Assembly: GCF_006345805.1 (NCBI RefSeq) | Contig: NW_021824371.1 | Location: 1 to 18,857, forward strand | DNA: 18,857 nucleotides | Direction of reading: 5' to 3' | DNA from: Octopus sinensis | Taxonomy: Eukaryota | Shown: piece by piece, positions 18,601-18,857 of the stretch | Layout of the letters: the number at the start of each line of letters is the position of its first letter | How positions within the stretch are numbered: the stretch's first letter is position 1 | The notes under the pieces: generated by a model | The model's input: the letters and a program-made list of their open reading frames with translations, nothing else | Databases searched by the model: none | What the model was told of the DNA's origin: nothing | Made by a program: the position numbers and the translations under genes

Positions 18601-18857
18601 GTGATATTGCTTTTTGTTTCAGTGGCTATTAGTTCCGTGACGGCTAGTTTTATGCTGTTTATAATTGGTGGTTTGTTGTTTCGTCTATTTTGATTTTTGG
18701 GAGGTATGGTCGTGGTCCATTTGAGCTCTGTGGCTTTCAGTTCTTTGATTATTTTACTTTTTATATTATCATAATCATTAGGCTCCCCTTCGTTGTTTCT
18801 AGGTTTTAGATTTGTGTCGCTTTCTTTATTTATATGTTTGTTTGCCGTGTTTTGGCT
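15662..18857 (-). mobile_element. R4/Dong-clade (RLE) non-LTR retrotransposon, copy 2, decayed, continues past the window end
   Basis: RT motifs ENYRPITCLPTMYK, EEQKGC, WIDYKKAFDS, GIFQGDTLSPL, HLLYMDDLKLY (YMDD at 17312-17323), MKFGLEKC, YKYLG; CCHC CRICGDGQETINHIISGC...RHD; RLE FLIDVSIP...KLSKYKDL...IIVGALG. Many stops and frameshifts; 3' UTR ends in (TAA)n. Confidence 0.95.
16455..16621. repeat. (TTC)n microsatellite inside the copy 2 coding region
   Basis: Directly visible; reads (GAA)n on the element's sense strand. Confidence 0.97.

Noticed and set aside
17870-18604. Plus-strand ORFs of 160, 101 and 60 aa
   Set aside because: Antisense shadows of the R4/Dong ORF with no independent domain evidence.

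Overview
This is an AT-rich, microsatellite-saturated eukaryotic non-coding window with no host protein-coding gene, tRNA/rRNA gene or CRISPR array that I can support. Its repeat repertoire resembles what I recall of Octopus genomes; that is an unverified inference. Almost all non-microsatellite sequence is transposon debris. DNA transposons: an internally deleted maT-like piece, an internally deleted DD34D mariner with TIRs, and a full-length but disrupted Tc1 element with DD36E spacing (22-bp TIRs, TA on both sides). Retroelements: a Penelope-like GIY-YIG fossil, several tRNA-type SINEs, a CR1/Jockey-group RT 3' fragment, the 3' kb of an L1/Tx1 LINE, and two different R4/Dong-type RLE LINEs in (TAA)n tracts. 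Most ORFs in the supplied track are artefacts of simple repeats. The best leads are three. (1) Two type-I hammerhead-ribozyme-like folds (12185-12247 +, 8120-8209 -) both carry CCGAAGA in place of canonical CUGANGA and have self-complementary stem III. (2) A 22-nt 3' tail is shared between a SINE family and the Tx1 LINE. (3) A chain of elements shares (TAA)n tracts and includes a ~555-bp orphan. All assignments come from manual translation and alignment; nothing was searched or computed.
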